This document shows, one piece after another, positions 1 to 8,182 of a DNA stretch of 31,207 nt (positions are counted from its first letter, which is position 1; each line of letters begins with the position of its first letter). A program made the translations under genes and the position numbers. The DNA is from a virus (taxonomy: Duplodnaviria > Caudoviricetes): positions 1-31,207 of IMG/VR virus record IMGVR_UViG_3300042480_000415; one strand, 5' to 3'. Below the pieces are notes generated by a model. The model did no database searches. It was not told the origin of the DNA and was given only the letters and a program-made list of their open reading frames with translations.

Positions 1-1
1 A

Positions 2-1672
2 CAGGTTACATCAAGCTCTGGTGTCGGTTCTCCTACATTCATGGGTTTTTATACCAATGTAGATGCTGCCAGTGACACAGAGCGGATGCGCATCACGAAC
101 ACCGGGCAACTGCTTGTTGGGACAACGGCTAGTGTTTCATCTTATAATGGGGCTCCTCAAGTTCAAGTATTTGCTAGCGGCACTGATCGCCTTGCTAGTT
201 TTACGTACGGCGCCAATAATGCTTCTGGCCCTCAAATAAACCTTGTCAAGAGCAGAAACACAAGCCCTGGATCGCGCACCATTGTCAATAATAATGATTT
301 GCTTGGTGGCTTTTACTTTGTTGGTGATGACGGCGTAGATTTGGCGCAAGCCGGTGCGTCTATTGAGGCGTTTGTCGATGGCGTTCCCGGCAGCAATGAC
401 ATGCCCGGTAGATTGGTGTTTTCTACCACCCTCGATGGGGCCTCCACCCCAACTGAACGCGCCCGCATCACGAGCGGTGGTCAGTTAGCAGTCAGTTCTG
501 CCGGGTCTGCATCGGCTCCAGTCATCTCCAAGTCTGACGACCTCAACACTGGCATCTTCTTTCCCGCTGCTGACACCATTGCTTTTGCAGAGGGTGGCAC
601 GGAGTCGATGCGTCTGGACTCCTCCGGCAATCTCGGGATTGGCACTTCGCCAAGCTACAGACTCCACGCCCTATCCACGACGGCGAATACCTGGGCGTCT
701 TACATCCACAAGAATGCAGGTGCAACGGCGCCAACTGACGGTATTGCCTACTTTTATGGCCAGACCTCAACAGGTTCCGCTACAGCGACAAACGCTTATA
801 TTAGAATTGTTGGCGCTAATGGAGTTAATAGTAGAGGCGTTGAATTAGGGGTTGGTGTGCCATCAACCTACGGAGAGCACGATACTGGCTTTTTGTTGTT
901 GGGCACATCTCCAATGTGGCAGCCAGCATCTGGCGTGTTTAAGTGGAGCACCACCGGAACAACTGTTGGCAGTGGCAATAACCAATATAAAGGTTACGAG
1001 TGGTACAACAATCAATCAGATAGCCAGAACGCATTTTGGTTCCATCATGCCGCCACCAGCGGATCTGGCGAAACTTTCCGCATCTACTCTGCAAAAACTG
1101 CCAATACAAATACGTCGGTATTGAGCGTCACCTCTGCGTCTGGTGCGAACTTCCAGATTGACAATACTGGACTGGTCACAACAAAGAGCACTATAGGTGT
1201 GGGGAATACAACCCCTTCATCTTCAGGCGCAGGCATCACCTTCCCCGCAACCCAATCCGCCTCATCCGACGCCAACACCTTGGACGACTATGAGGAGGGG
1301 ACTTGGACGCCAACTATTGAAGGTACGACACTTGCTGGTACAGCAACGTATACAAGCAGAGTTGGCAGATACACCAAGATTGGCCGTGTAGTTGAGATTG
1401 AGTTGTATGTGCAGTGGAGTAGTGGGACAGGTACAGGTGATTTGCGAATATCAGGTTTGCCTTTTACGTCTGCTAACGCTTCTGTGTTTCCTCAGCTTGC
1501 AACATCTTGTGATGGACTGACTCTCGCTGCAAATAGTGTGTTGTTTTCTTATGTAAATAATAATGCAACGACTATTGGCATATTTCAGTATGCGTTGGGT
1601 ACTGGGGTAAGATCATCTGTAGCCTACGATGCTACAGCAGAACTTTTAATCACCGGAACTTACTCTGTTTAA
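2..1672 (+). CDS. Tail fibre / receptor-binding protein, 5'-truncated by the window edge
   Basis: Frame is open from position 2 (QVTSSSGVGSPTF-M41). G/S/T-rich. Repeated fibre modules ERMRITNTGQL, ERARITSGGQL, ESMRLDSSGNLGIG; C-terminal DANTLDDYEEGTWTP...GRYTKIGRVV...ISGLPF segment typical of phage tail fibres. Confidence 0.85.
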   Translation, partial: QVTSSSGVGSPTFMGFYTNVDAASDTERMRITNTGQLLVGTTASVSSYNGAPQVQVFASGTDRLASFTYGANNASGPQINLVKSRNTSPGSRTIVNNNDLLGGFYFVGDDGVDLAQAGASIEAFVDGVPGSNDMPGRLVFSTTLDGASTPTERARITSGGQLAVSSAGSASAPVISKSDDLNTGIFFPAADTIAFAEGGTESMRLDSSGNLGIGTSPSYRLHALSTTANTWASYIHKNAGATAPTDGIAYFYGQTSTGSATATNAYIRIVGANGVNSRGVELGVGVPSTYGEHDTGFLLLGTSPMWQPASGVFKWSTTGTTVGSGNNQYKGYEWYNNQSDSQNAFWFHHAATSGSGETFRIYSAKTANTNTSVLSVTSASGANFQIDNTGLVTTKSTIGVGNTTPSSSGAGITFPATQSASSDANTLDDYEEGTWTPTIEGTTLAGTATYTSRVGRYTKIGRVVEIELYVQWSSGTGTGDLRISGLPFTSANASVFPQLATSCDGLTLAANSVLFSYVNNNATTIGIFQYALGTGVRSSVAYDATAELLITGTYSV

Positions 1673-1719
1673 CCACGCCGGATAACTAGCGCGGTCGGAC
1701 CACAACGAAAGGAGCCATC

Positions 1720-1995
1720 ATGGCAATCACGAAAGAAACCAAAGTCGATCAGATCACAGTCACCGAGAGCGGCGTCGTCTTGTACCGAGAGGCCACACGA
1801 ATTCTTGAGGACGGTGAGGAACTGACCAAGAAGTACCACCGCAACAGCCTCGCTCCGGGGCAAGACCTGACGGGTGTGCCTGCCAACGTGGTGGCAATCT
1901 GCAACGTGGCTTGGACGCCGGAGGTTGTGGCTGCGTTCCAAGCTCAGCAAGCTGTTGAGGTCCAACTATGGTCATCCGCCCCGCAAACGGCCTGA
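1720..1995 (+). CDS. Small conserved phage protein following the tail fibre (possible fibre assembly chaperone)
   Basis: RBS AAAGGAG upstream of ATG. MAITKETKVDQITV...REATRILEDG...YHR type recalled as common downstream of tail fibres; function inferred from position. Confidence 0.7.
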   Translation: MAITKETKVDQITVTESGVVLYREATRILEDGEELTKKYHRNSLAPGQDLTGVPANVVAICNVAWTPEVVAAFQAQQAVEVQLWSSAPQTA

Positions 1996-2234
1996 TTGGC
2001 TGGACCCTACGCCGTACCGGCTTCGCGGGCGTGACGCTCCCATGGGGCATCTACATCCTGCCCGAGCGTCTGCAAGACGAACGTCTCATCAAGCATGAAC
2101 GCGAACACGCACGGCAGATCGACGAGCTTGGCGTGATCGGCTTCTACGCACGGTATCTGTGGTTCACCCTCCGCCACGGCTACCGAAACAACCCGCTGGA
2201 GGTCTCGGCCCGAAGGGCGGAAGAGCTGGCGTAA
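1968..2234 (+). CDS. Small HExxH zincin-like protein (DUF4157-like)
   Basis: LIKHEREHARQ followed by GYRNNPLEVSAR (putative third Zn ligand E). Overlaps the upstream gene end. Confidence 0.7.
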   Translation: MVIRPANGLIGWTLRRTGFAGVTLPWGIYILPERLQDERLIKHEREHARQIDELGVIGFYARYLWFTLRHGYRNNPLEVSARRAEELA

Positions 2235-2259
2235 CAGTAAGGACTGAAAGGATCTCGTG

Positions 2260-2535
2260 ATGGAAACCGCATACAGCGACGCCATTCTTCGATTGGAGAG
2301 CAAAGTGGACAAGCTGACAGACGCTGTGCAGCGCCTCATCCTCATTGAGGAGCGCCAGTCCTCGCAGGGCGAGCGCATTGGCAAGTGCGAGGCCAATCTG
2401 GCCGTTCACGACCAAGCCATCCACAAGACCCAGCGTGCGCTGGACCAGTGGATCAACCGCGGTATCGGCGTGTGGGCCGCGGCCGCGGTGCTCTTCACGC
2501 TGGTGCAATTCGGCGCCAAGTTCTTCGGAAAGTAA
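2260..2535 (+). CDS. Coiled-coil protein with C-terminal TM helix (holin/antiholin or XhlA-like lysis-cassette protein)
   Basis: GAAAGGA RBS; ATG 2260 (GTG 2257 alternative). Coiled coil then hydrophobic GIGVWAAAAVLFTLVQFG; directly upstream of holin and lysozyme. Confidence 0.6.
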   Translation: METAYSDAILRLESKVDKLTDAVQRLILIEERQSSQGERIGKCEANLAVHDQAIHKTQRALDQWINRGIGVWAAAAVLFTLVQFGAKFFGK

Positions 2536-2538
2536 GCC

Positions 2539-3009
2539 ATGCTGGAAACCTTGCTCGGGGGCGTGTTTGGCGGCCTGCTTCGCTTGGCCCCGGAGGCGTT
2601 CAAGCTGTTCGACCGCGCCAACGAGCGCAAGCACGAGCTTGCGATGGTCGGGGCGGAGATGGAGTTCGCCAAGATCCGTGGGGAGATCGCCATGCGTCAG
2701 ACCGAAGCAGCCATGACGATGGCCGAGATGGACACGATGGCCGAGGCATTCAAGGAGCAAAGCCAGACGGCCAAGAACGCCGGCTGGTTTGTTTCGGCCC
2801 TCTCTGCGCTGGTCCGGCCGGTGGTGACCTACGCCTTCCTTGGGCTGTTTGTCGCTGTAAAGGTGGCGGCGTACTTGATCGCCATTGAGCAGGGCGGAAA
2901 TTGGAAGGACGTGCTGATCACGATGTGGGGCGCGGATGACTTGGCCGTGTTCAACATGATCTTGTCGTTCTGGTTTGTGGGGCGGGTATATGAGCGGACC
3001 CGTAAGTGA
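2539..3009 (+). CDS. Putative holin (3-TM GTA-holin-like)
   Basis: N-terminal hydrophobic segment, soluble helix, WFVSALSALVRPVVTY TM, C-terminal ILSFWFVGR; adjacent to lysozyme. Confidence 0.7.
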   Translation: MLETLLGGVFGGLLRLAPEAFKLFDRANERKHELAMVGAEMEFAKIRGEIAMRQTEAAMTMAEMDTMAEAFKEQSQTAKNAGWFVSALSALVRPVVTYAFLGLFVAVKVAAYLIAIEQGGNWKDVLITMWGADDLAVFNMILSFWFVGRVYERTRK

Positions 3010-3448
3010 GGCCGTCGACATTGCGGCTGCGCTGTGCCGGCCGTTCGAGGGCTTGCGGTTGAAGCCCTACATTTGCCCGGCCGGCTACCCCACCATTGGC
3101 TACGGAACGGTCTGGAAGCCTGACGGCAGCAAGGTGTCGATGGACGACCCGCCGATCGACAAGAAGACCGCTGAGGCCTGGCTGATGCACGAGCTGAGGG
3201 TGACCTACCTGCCGGGCGTGTTGAAGGCGTCTCCGGGCCTCCTGGCGCACCCGCGAGCGCTCGGCGCTCTGACGGACTTCGCCTACAACCTCGGCGTGGC
3301 CAGGTACAGAGGAAGCACCTTGCGCAAGCGCGTGGACGCGCTGGACTGGGAGGGCGCCAAGGAGCAGCTCATACTCTGGGTACGCGGCGGCGGGCGTGTT
3401 CTGCCCGGCTTGGTGAAACGACGCGACGCAGAGTGCGAGCTCCTGTGA
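2990..3448 (+). CDS. Endolysin, GH24 phage lysozyme
   Basis: FEGLRLKPYICPAGYPTIGYG = E-x8-C-x5-T catalytic triad (Cys variant); FAYNLG; GLVKRRDAE C-terminal motif. ATG 2990 preferred. Confidence 0.92.
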   Translation: MSGPVSEAVDIAAALCRPFEGLRLKPYICPAGYPTIGYGTVWKPDGSKVSMDDPPIDKKTAEAWLMHELRVTYLPGVLKASPGLLAHPRALGALTDFAYNLGVARYRGSTLRKRVDALDWEGAKEQLILWVRGGGRVLPGLVKRRDAECELL

Positions 3449-3456
3449 GCCAGGAC

Positions 3457-3485
3457 TATCACAATGCTGTCTTTCCACCTACAAT
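3457..3485 (+). promoter_or_regulatory. Putative promoter: -10 TACAAT (3480-3485) with TATCACAATGCTG box over the -35 position
   Basis: Intergenic; good -10, no consensus -35; the 12-mer box recurs at 29412-29423 on the minus strand. Confidence 0.4.
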
Positions 3486-3519
3486 CTTCTGCGGGTCACT
3501 GCGTCTGCGGTGACCTCAC

Positions 3520-3548
3520 TGGCTCGCTTCGGCGGGCCATTTTCGTTT
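3520..3548 (+). terminator. Intrinsic terminator-like hairpin (UUCG loop)
   Basis: TGGCTCGC-TTCG-GCGGGCCA followed by TTTTCGTTT, between lysozyme and the 961-aa gene. Confidence 0.7.
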
Positions 3549-3559
3549 GAGGGCTTCTC

Positions 3560-6445
3560 ATGGCAACCATGGTCACCAACAACCCCTACGACACTCAGCA
3601 GCCGTCTGGCGGGTCTGGAATCGTTGCTGGCGCCATGGGCAATTCCAGCTCCGGGCAGCTTGCTTCTACTACCCCGGCCGCCACCGCGGTCGGGCCAATG
3701 GCGCAGGCCGCGCAGCTCCAGGTGCAGCAGCGTCAGATTGACCGCCAGACCGAGACCGCGGCCGGACAAGTAGAAAGCCTGCTGGCCAAGGACAACCCGC
3801 TGATGCAGCGTGCTCGCACGCTGGCCATGCAGAACATGAACCAGCGCGGCTTGGTCAACAGCTCCATGGCGCAGGGTGCCGGCGTGGCGGCCATGATCGA
3901 CCGCATCACGCCGATCGCTCAGCAGGACGCGCAGACCTACAGCAATCAAGCGCTGGCGAACCAGAAGTTCGTCAACGAAGGCGGAATGTTCAATGCTGGC
4001 GAGCAGAACAAGTTCGGCCTGCAGCTTGGCGAGCAGACGTTCGAGCGCGGCGAGAACGCGGCTCAGCGCCAGTTCCAGACCGGAGAGCGCATCGGTTCTC
4101 AGGTCTTCACCTCAGAGCAAAACGTCGCCACGCAAGCCTTCCAGGCGGCGCAGGCGCAGCTTGACCGGGCTCAGCAGACGGCGATGGCCGACAAGTCCAT
4201 TGAGGCTCAGCAGGCGCTGTTGCTTGCGCAGCAGAATTTCCAGGGAGCTCAGAGCGAGCTGGACCGAGTCAATCAAAAGGCTTTGCAGGAAAGCCAGCAG
4301 AGGTTCACGGGCGAGCAGTCTGCGCTTGACAGGCTGCAGCAGGTCACGCTGCAACAGGCGCAGCAGACGTTCCAGTCGGCCCAATCGGAGCTCGATCGCG
4401 CTCAGCAGCGAGCGCTGACCGACCGCAGCATTGAAGCTCAGCGGGCCCTGCAGACTGCGCAGCAGAATTTTGAGGGTGCGCAAGCGGATCTGGATCGTGT
4501 TCAGCAGCGTGAGCTGCAGACCAGCCAGCAACAGTTCCAGGCCGGAGAGGGGTTGATTGCGCGGCAATTTCAAGCCGGCGAATCGGCTCTGGATCGCGGT
4601 CAGCAAGCTGCGCTTCAGACCTCTGCTCAGACCTTTCAAGCGACCCAAGCTGAGAAGGACCGCGCACAACAGATCATGCTGGCCGACAAGAGCATCACTG
4701 CCCAGCAGGCGCTTGAGATTGCGCGGCAGGCGTTCCAGTCCGAGCAAGCTGGACTTGATCGACAGCAATCCGTCACGTTGGCTCGCGAATCTCAGACCTT
4801 CCAGGCTACGCAGGCTGAGAAGGACCGCGCTCAGCAGATCATGCTGACCGACAAGAACATCACGGCCACGGCAGCGCTGGAGAAGGCTCGGCAAGATTTC
4901 CAGGCCGGCGAGGGCATCATCAATCGTGCATTCCAGGCTGGCGAATCGGCTCTGGATCGCGGTCAGCAAGCTGCGCTTCAGACCTCTGCTCAGACCTTTC
5001 AAGCGACCCAAGCTGAGAAGGACCGCGCACAACAGATCATGCTGGCCGACAAGAGCATTACCGCGGACAAGGCCATGGAGCAGGCGCGGCAAGAGTTCCA
5101 AGCGGGCGAGAGTTCGCTGGATCGCGCGCAACAAGAAAAGCTGCAGACTGCACAGCAGGCATTCCAGTCTGCACAAGCCGGACTCGACCGCGCTCAGCAA
5201 GTTGTCCTTACTGACAAGAGCATTGCCGCTCAAGAGAATCTCCGCGCCGCGCAGGAGAAGCACGATTCCGCAGAGGCTGCGCTTGATCGGATTCAGCAGA
5301 GCAAGATTTCTGACAATCAGATCGCTGCTCAGAAAGCGCTTCAGACCTCTCAGGAAAAATTTCAGGAAGCACAAGCTGGTCTCGATAGAGCTCAGCAGGT
5401 CGCGCTGGCCGACAAGAGCATCGCCGCTCAAGAGAAACTGCAAGCGGCGCAGCAGACATTTCAGGGCGCGCAAGCAGGTCTTGACCGCCTGTCGCAGGAA
5501 GTCATGCAGTCTGCACAGCGGACATTTCAGTCTGCGCAGGCCGACCTTGACAGGGCTCAGCAGGTTGTGCTCAACGACAAAAGTATTGCTGCTCAGGAGA
5601 AGCTGCAAACGGCACAGCAGAACTTCCAGTCTGCTCAGGCTGGCCTTGACCGCCTGCAACAAGCAAGTTCGCAGAAGGCACAGCAGGACTTCCAGGCTAC
5701 GCAGGCCAACCTTGACCGCCTGCAACAGGCAAGTTCGCAGAAAGCACAGCAGGACTTCCAGGCTGCGCAGGGGTTGCTTGATCGTGGACACCAGGAAGCG
5801 ATGACGCGGCTGCAGAACACGCTTTCTCAGTCCGGTGTCGGAAGCTCGTTTGCGGCCAATCTGACGTCGAACACCGCGAACGCGATCAATGCTGTCATAG
5901 GCGACGGCACCATGGATGCGACAGCAAAGGGACAGGCGATCGACAACATCATTGCCAATGCCAATAGCTCGCTGTCATGGGCGCAGACTTTTTACGGGAC
6001 GCAGATGACGCCGATTGTTCGAGGCACAACCCCGTCTCCGCTTCCTCCTGCTGCACCTGTTGCTGCACCTCCTGCACCTACACCCGCACCTCCTGCGGCG
6101 ACGCCTGCACCGCCTGCTCCTACACCGGCGCCCCCAGCACCGACGCTTGCACCTACACCCGCACCTCCTGCGGCGACGCCTGCACCGCCTGCTCCTACTC
6201 CTGAACCTCCCGCACCTACACCCGCACCCACGCCGATTTACACGCAAACGCGGGACACTTGGGGCGGAGCAACTTTGCCTGGCGGCCATACCCTTCCGAG
6301 CAACTGGGACGGCCTTTCCGGTACACAAAAAATCAATTACTTCAATACGAATGGCATGACGCCGTCCATGATCAAGTACGTTGACCCCGGCGTCACTGAC
6401 GAGGCCATCCAGTATTGGCGTCAATACATGGGCTACAAATACTGA
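3560..6445 (+). CDS. Q/A-rich hendecad-repeat protein, putative ejection/DNA-conduit protein with Pro-rich C-terminal linker
   Basis: 961 aa; GAGGG RBS; ~54 consecutive 11-aa units; PAPTPAPP tract; first gene of the ejection cluster. Function inferred. Confidence 0.75.
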   Translation: MATMVTNNPYDTQQPSGGSGIVAGAMGNSSSGQLASTTPAATAVGPMAQAAQLQVQQRQIDRQTETAAGQVESLLAKDNPLMQRARTLAMQNMNQRGLVNSSMAQGAGVAAMIDRITPIAQQDAQTYSNQALANQKFVNEGGMFNAGEQNKFGLQLGEQTFERGENAAQRQFQTGERIGSQVFTSEQNVATQAFQAAQAQLDRAQQTAMADKSIEAQQALLLAQQNFQGAQSELDRVNQKALQESQQRFTGEQSALDRLQQVTLQQAQQTFQSAQSELDRAQQRALTDRSIEAQRALQTAQQNFEGAQADLDRVQQRELQTSQQQFQAGEGLIARQFQAGESALDRGQQAALQTSAQTFQATQAEKDRAQQIMLADKSITAQQALEIARQAFQSEQAGLDRQQSVTLARESQTFQATQAEKDRAQQIMLTDKNITATAALEKARQDFQAGEGIINRAFQAGESALDRGQQAALQTSAQTFQATQAEKDRAQQIMLADKSITADKAMEQARQEFQAGESSLDRAQQEKLQTAQQAFQSAQAGLDRAQQVVLTDKSIAAQENLRAAQEKHDSAEAALDRIQQSKISDNQIAAQKALQTSQEKFQEAQAGLDRAQQVALADKSIAAQEKLQAAQQTFQGAQAGLDRLSQEVMQSAQRTFQSAQADLDRAQQVVLNDKSIAAQEKLQTAQQNFQSAQAGLDRLQQASSQKAQQDFQATQANLDRLQQASSQKAQQDFQAAQGLLDRGHQEAMTRLQNTLSQSGVGSSFAANLTSNTANAINAVIGDGTMDATAKGQAIDNIIANANSSLSWAQTFYGTQMTPIVRGTTPSPLPPAAPVAAPPAPTPAPPAATPAPPAPTPAPPAPTLAPTPAPPAATPAPPAPTPEPPAPTPAPTPIYTQTRDTWGGATLPGGHTLPSNWDGLSGTQKINYFNTNGMTPSMIKYVDPGVTDEAIQYWRQYMGYKY
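4040..5821 (+). repeat. 33-bp (11-aa) periodic coding repeat array, including a perfect 119-bp duplication (4577-4695 = 4940-5058) and a ~66-bp near-perfect tandem (~5644-5770)
   Basis: Manual parsing into 11-mers without register slips (FQAAQAQLDRA/QQTAMADKSIE/AQQALLLAQQN...). The duplication offset is 363 bp = 11 x 33. Confidence 0.9.
6030..6235 (+). repeat. Pro/Ala/Thr-rich coding tandem repeats
   Basis: GCACCTACACCCGCACCTCCTGCGGCGACGCCTGCACCGCCTGCTCCTAC repeated at ~6074 and ~6149. Confidence 0.85.
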
Positions 6446-6897
6446 TGACCAAAACCGTCTGCCGCAAGGCCACCTACCGCGACATCACCGCGATCGTGGA
6501 CATCGCGGTGGAATCCGTCATGCGCGACCCGCTGCCGGTCACTGTGGACCGCGAAGCGATGCGCGAGATGGCCATGCAGTGCTTGAACCCGGCGCACTTC
6601 ATGTGGGTGGCCGAGGACGAGGCGGGCAACGTGGTGGCTTCGGTGGCGGCGATGACGCAGAAGTCGTTCTGGTATCGAGGCCTGCAGTGCTCGGTGCTGC
6701 TGTACTACACACGCCAGCCTGGCGCTGGCGCGGCCCTGCTGCGCGAGTTCGCCAGGTGGATGAAGTCGCGATCGGGCATCAAGGTGGCGGTGCTCGAGCT
6801 TGAGCCCAACGTCGACCTGCGGCTGACGCGCTTTCTCAAGCGCCTGGGATTCGGTCGCAAGTCGATCAACATGACGTATGTGAGGAGTTCACTGTGA
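6445..6897 (+). CDS. GNAT-fold acetyltransferase-like virion-module protein
   Basis: TGATG coupling to upstream gene; RKATYRDITAI start, WVAEDEAGNVVA strand, GAGAALLREF, FLKRLGF motifs of GNAT folds. Confidence 0.7.
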   Translation: MTKTVCRKATYRDITAIVDIAVESVMRDPLPVTVDREAMREMAMQCLNPAHFMWVAEDEAGNVVASVAAMTQKSFWYRGLQCSVLLYYTRQPGAGAALLREFARWMKSRSGIKVAVLELEPNVDLRLTRFLKRLGFGRKSINMTYVRSSL

Positions 6898-7577
6898 GCA
6901 AAGTTGTCAAGGGTATCGGGCGGGCCGTCAGCAAGGTCGTCAAGGGCGTCGCCAACGTCGTGAAGAAGGTGGCCTCCTCCAAGTTTGGGAAGATCCTGGT
7001 GGGCGCTGCGCTGGTGTACTTCGGCGGCGCGGCGCTGATGGGTGGCCTTGGCGGCGCGTCTGCTGGCGGCCTATCGGGTGCGCTGACTGGGGCTTCAAAA
7101 GCCGTGAGCGGTGCATGGGGTGCCCTCACCAGCGGCAGCGTGAGTGCCATGGGCAGCGCCTTTACGGGCTCCTACGGCGCTGGTCAGGCGGCTGTCACCG
7201 GCTTGGGCGGTAGCGTTGCCGGCACAGGCCTTTCTGCTGCAGCAAACGCCGCAGCAGCAACTCCCGGCATGTCCATGGCTCCGCAATCAATCGTGTCCCC
7301 AGCGCAGGCTGCGATCACGCAGGCCACTGGTGGCGCCCCCATGTCTATGGCGGCGCCTGCCGGCATGACCCCGGCAGCAGCCGGCGCCAGCAAGGGCTTC
7401 ATCGCCAGCGCCATGGCCAGCCCCTACTTTGCGCCGGCTGTAGTCACGTCCGGCACGCAGCTCATCGGCGGCGTCATGCAGGGTTACGGCGCGCGGCAGG
7501 AGCAGAAGCGCCAAGAGCAAATGGCGGCCGATCAAAAGGCCACCTACAACCGCAACATTGGCGGCTTCCGCTACTGA
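6894..7577 (+). CDS. Gly/Ala-rich ejection (internal virion) protein
   Basis: GTGA overlap, GAGGAG RBS; basic amphipathic N-terminus (SKVVKGIGRAVSKVVKG) followed by hydrophobic Gly-rich segments, as in small podovirus ejection proteins. Confidence 0.65.
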   Translation: MSKVVKGIGRAVSKVVKGVANVVKKVASSKFGKILVGAALVYFGGAALMGGLGGASAGGLSGALTGASKAVSGAWGALTSGSVSAMGSAFTGSYGAGQAAVTGLGGSVAGTGLSAAANAAAATPGMSMAPQSIVSPAQAAITQATGGAPMSMAAPAGMTPAAAGASKGFIASAMASPYFAPAVVTSGTQLIGGVMQGYGARQEQKRQEQMAADQKATYNRNIGGFRY

Positions 7578-7588
7578 AAGGAACGACC

Positions 7589-8182
7589 ATGGCAGGACTG
7601 ATCAAAGACCAGATGGCGCCGTCGTCGGACGTGGACGACGCGATGCAGCAGCAGCCCCTGCAGCGCCAGTCTCCTCAGCAGATGGAGCAGCAGGAGGCTG
7701 AGGCCATGAATGCCCAGCAGCAGGGCCAGGAGCCCGCTGGTGAGGGCGTTGACCCTGAGTCGGACCCTGGGTATCAGCAGGCCGCTCAGTTCGCCATGGA
7801 GGCCCTGTACAAGAACAAGGCGGCCAAGGACATTGCCAAGGCACTCAAGACTGCGCGTGACCCGGTGGAGGCCCTGGCCAACACCGCTTACGAAATCATC
7901 ACCATCACCGACGAGCGCACCAACGGCGCAGTGCCTGACGAGATGCTGGCCGCCTTTGCGACCTTCGTGCTCGAAGAGGTGGCCGAGATCGCCGAGGCGG
8001 CCAACGTCCCTCTGCAGCCGTCCGACGTGGCGATGGCCCTGAAGCAGATGATCCTGCGCTTCCTGGGCGAGCAGGGCGTGGACACGACGCAACTGCAGCA
8101 GGCCATGGACCAGGTCGACCCTGAGGAGTTCAACCGCATGGCTGAGGGCGAGGAGCCTGAGCTTGAGGAGATGCCAGCATGA
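7589..8182 (+). CDS. Acidic Q-rich helical hypothetical protein (ejection module)
   Basis: AAAGGAA RBS; typical codon usage; ATGA overlap with next gene. Confidence 0.75.
   Translation: MAGLIKDQMAPSSDVDDAMQQQPLQRQSPQQMEQQEAEAMNAQQQGQEPAGEGVDPESDPGYQQAAQFAMEALYKNKAAKDIAKALKTARDPVEALANTAYEIITITDERTNGAVPDEMLAAFATFVLEEVAEIAEAANVPLQPSDVAMALKQMILRFLGEQGVDTTQLQQAMDQVDPEEFNRMAEGEEPELEEMPA

Noticed and set aside
4112-5791. 559-aa Leu-rich antisense ORF resembling an LRR protein
   Set aside because: Reverse complement of CAG/CAA-rich repeats yields Leu; it mirrors the sense repeat.
4040-5821. 33/66-bp periodic repeats as a CRISPR array
   Set aside because: Units are degenerate, in frame and coding, with no constant repeat/unique spacer alternation.
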